Assembly (NCBI GenBank): GCA_034780895.1
Contig: JAUZTB010000072.1
Coordinates: 24,334,850-24,398,849, forward strand
Source: Rhynchobatus australiae
Taxonomy: Eukaryota
Length of the DNA: 64,000 bases
Direction: 5' to 3'
Shown: positions 60,166 to 64,000 of the stretch, piece after piece
How positions within the stretch are numbered: the first letter of the stretch is position 1
Layout of the letters: each line of letters begins with the position of its first letter
Translations under genes and position numbers: made by a program
The notes under the pieces: model-generated
Told to the model about the DNA's origin: nothing
Databases searched by the model: none
What the model saw: only the letters and a program-made list of their open reading frames with translations

Positions 60166-63100
60166 TCCAAAGAGAATTCAGTCACTGATCAACTGCAATT
60201 ATACTATGAGACAGAACCAGAAAAGACCACTTCAAGACCTCCCAGAAAGTTTCTAAGTGATAGCTAACAGTTTAGACACAGCTTAATAGATTCTTTACTG
60301 GGCACAAGGAGCTTTGCTTCCACTTACGATTTGATACTAATTTTACTGAATTAATCAAAAAGATAAAAACATTAATGAAATCTAATGTTCAGTACTGGAA
60401 AAGAACACATGACAGTGTTATCTTTGATGCAAATTTAATTGGACCCATCAATGAAAATGGTGTAATGACAATGTACAAGCATCCAAGNNNNNNNNNNNNN
60501 NNNNNNNNNNNNNNNNNNNNNNNNNNNNNNNNNNNNNNNNNNNNNNNNNNNNNNNNNNNNNNNNNNNNNNNNNNNNNNNNNNNNNNNATCCAAGTTTATT
60601 TCTTTAGTTAAAGATATAATTTTACAAATCTAAAATAAATATAAATTTTAAAGGAAATCGAAGTACTTTTCTGAAATAGTGAAAGCAGCACAAAGTTAGC
60701 CATCATTAGCGTAAAGAATGATAAATTGTCCAACAGACAGATGCTTTGTCGCAGATGCTGCACTAGGTTTAGTTAACTTCAGTGGATTCTGTTTACTAGA
60801 CTACCTTTGGAAGCAACCTTGATAAATTACATCATTCTGAACCAGTGTATTAACAGTCTGTTTTAAAAGAAACATAAAAGCTGTAATTTATTAAGAATCC
60901 AGAGTAACTGATTAATTGACCTTTGTCTTCAAGTGAAGATACTAAGGCTTTTTGGTATTTACACTTAGATAAACTTGAAACATTGGTTTAACAAACTACC
61001 CTAAGGCAGATATTTTGCTCCTCTTCCAATACATTCCCCTGCCCTAGGGAAGTTCCATCCTTAGTTGAATGCAGCCAACTAAAGGAATTCTCAAGAGCCT
61101 CCTGCAGATATACTGAAGGTTTACTTTACTCCAATGTGTGGTGGAAAAATGATTTTTTGTTGAATCAGTCCCAGACCATGAACAAATATGTAAAGAGAAT
61201 AAATTCTGACAGGCAGATAGGGCTGCCATTACCCTACAAGGTCTGCACCCATAATTTGGCCTCTCTCCAAGAAGGAAGTGCTTCCTTGGAGGGAGGCAAG
61301 AATCATTGCACTCATCATCCTCCAGTCATCATCCATTCAGCAGCAAATTACTTTTGTTATTCATTTCTAATGATTTCAACACATTGTTTCATTGAACACC
61401 AGGCTCAATGCTGGTTAAATGTACTTTTGTAATTCAAGTATTATAGAACCTTGCAAAATATACTGCCCAAATTATTCTCATTTTTACAGCAGCACATCAT
61501 GAAAGCCCTGACTACTTTAAGCAAAAGTACAAATATTTATTAAGAATCCCATGTTAGAAAATGGCAAGGTTGTTAAATAAGTACAATTATATACAGATTT
61601 CTAAAATAAGATCCTCTAGATAAATAATCTAGACTAGGTCTGTTGTTTTAATGGATCAGCCACCGACTTCAAAACCCATGACTTAACAATGAAGTCAATT
61701 TAATTTGCATGCAGTAAACCGAGTGCTACCATTTGAAATGAAAACTGATTGGGATTTCATAAATAGGTGAAGTACAAATGTGATTGATAACAAAAGATTT
61801 TGCATAATCTTCTGGACTGTCACTATGCAATTGATTCAATGGGTGGCATTTACCCTTATCATCAATTGTAAACCTGTTACTGATAGAATAATTACTTTAG
61901 ATCATGGACAATTCCAGGATGCATTACTGCCAATCAAAACTGGCATGTATACTTTTAATAGGGCTTCCTTATTAAGAATAACTGTTTGGAGTGTTTTGCT
62001 CGCCATGGGAGGTGTTCAGTTAAGCGGCTTCTACTCTATAACTGCCAAAATTATTTTCTGTAGGTTTCTAATTAGTAACACAAAGCAAATTAGAGAAAAA
62101 GGGTGAAACAACAGAGTGTTTCTTCATTTGCATCATTCGATGATCAACTGGAGAATTTTAACCCCATTGTATGTGTTTTATTCCAGTAGAAAGTTCTCCA
62201 GGGGTTAACACGGCACTGCAAGCATCCTCCAACAGTGGGCTATTACGTTAATTATGTTTTATGATTATCATAATATAACTACTTTCTTGATTAGAACCTG
62301 CAGCTTACAAAAAATCATAAATATTCATAATCATAAAGAGCTTGCATTGAGACTCTGAAAACTCCAAGTTATAAATTCATACACTCAAAGGCAAAAGTAC
62401 CATGGACTCCAAAGTAGTAACAAAATTTTGTCTGTAATCATTTTGATACCAAATTTTAGTGACCTAAACTTAAGATTCTTCAATCCTTAGGACTATTTGA
62501 ATTAGGCTTACTTTGAATCAAATATTCTACACATTATTATTGATTTCTCAGATTTTAAGATATATTTAACTGCAGAATTGGTGCACATTAATCTGGGAAT
62601 TTTGCACTCAGAGCATTACACAATAAACACACCGTTTCTTGATGCTGTTTCCATTTTATTTCAATTGTTCAGGTGACTAAAACTAAGAAGGATTCTACTG
62701 AAATGTCTGCTTGATGATATTATCTTCTGCAGTTCACAATCTAAACAATCAATTCAAATGCACTATCAGTACTCTGTATCCCTACTGTGCTGGCTGGGGT
62801 ATTATAGCAATCAACAGATTTATGTATCTGCTATTCCTTTATCATTGCTTTATACTCCTGCTTTCTGTCTCCAAGCCTGCTCCTCTGTACTAGGATGCAT
62901 GGAAAGTCTCATTAGAACATTTGTCAGTAAATTTAATCTATATGGCAAATTTAGATCACTCAGGCAGTTGCTTTAACACGAGATCTTCTTTTGCTGCTTG
63001 CCTATATTGAGAGCTAGAACTTTGAATACTAATGAAGGCTTCTAATACTTTCCTCAGAAACACCAAATGGCCAGGTTAGAGTTTTGCATTTCTTAAAATA

Positions 63101-64000
63101 AGAAATGATTAATAAGTAAATTACAAAAGAAATTTTAAAAATCTGGTCCAAATAAATGAATGGAAAAATCTGTAGTGTTCTAAGCTTTCATTCAGAAAAA
63201 ACATTCCAATCTATTTCTCTCTCTTAAATTATATCATTTTTAAGAACTGTGAGTCAAAATGAGCAGCACAATCATCATTGTGTAATGTTACTACACAGTT
63301 TGCCATATAATGGTTAATAAAAATTTGAGAAAAAATTAAGGCATCCTGCACGTACTTCTATAATTTTTATTAGATGTGGCATTTTATTTCTTCCTCCACC
63401 ACAGTCTGTAAAGTTAATTAGAAGCATCACCCCACCTTCAACCCATCAGTACATCTTGCAAGTACCATGTCCAAACCAAATAGGTTGGCAGGATACATCT
63501 CACTAGACTGCAGCAAATTTTCTCTCTTCATTTGTATGCTGGGAGTAAAAGGGAAAGTAGGTCAAACATCTTAGACATTAGTAAATGCTCCATTGAAAGA
63601 GTTAAAATGAGATAGCAAATTGATAAAAAGCTTTGAAGGGAAAGGTTAAGATTGCATCTGTATGCAGCAATAACATTGATTTACCTAATATTTAATTCTA
63701 TTAGAAAGTTCAAGTACACAAATTTCCTGACCTCTGCCCTGAGACTGGCAGGTTCCCCATGAATAATGTCAGGTGAAAGAGGCAGAAGGATGCCAACTTG
63801 GTCTCAGGTTTGCAGAAGTAAGCAATAGCATGAAAAATCTTGACACAGCTGTACAATGCTCTTGGCACAGATCTAGTCTGTTTATTTGAGGATACAATAG
63901 TCTTAAAGACACTACAGCAAGGGTTTATTAGATTGATCACTTATACCAGGAGTTGTCCTAAGAGGAAAGATCAAGTAGAGTGGGATATACTATATGAAGT

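Noticed and set aside
1-64000. tRNA, rRNA, snoRNA genes, CRISPR arrays or prokaryotic systems
   Set aside because: None seen; tRNA-like boxes occur only as SINE heads, and the sequence is clearly vertebrate intronic DNA.

Overview
AT-rich vertebrate genomic DNA from a gapped draft assembly. The repeat families point to a cartilaginous fish, probably a ray (inference). The only host gene I can support is the 3' part of PEX14 (peroxin 14) on the minus strand. Four GT-AG exons match human exons 5, 6, 8 and 9 in peptide, size and phase (57700-57782, 39839-39941, 8523-8614, 6214-6652). The phase-required exon 7 is not visible and probably lies in an N gap. The rest is intron, 3' UTR and flank, filled with decayed CR1, L2, Rex1/Babar, RTE and Penelope-like retroelements, V-/Deu-type SINEs, a Tigger-like element and several enhancer-like non-repetitive blocks. 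The main non-genic signals are: about a dozen degenerate minimal hammerhead-ribozyme motifs in Penelope terminal repeats; a ~300-bp inverted repeat pair bracketing the gap that may hide exon 7; two pairs of spaced direct repeats; and a nested Penelope locus. I see no convincing new protein-coding system. Nearly all ORF-track entries are noise, transposon remnants or gap artefacts. Repeat boundaries are approximate and family names come from recalled motifs, not database searches.
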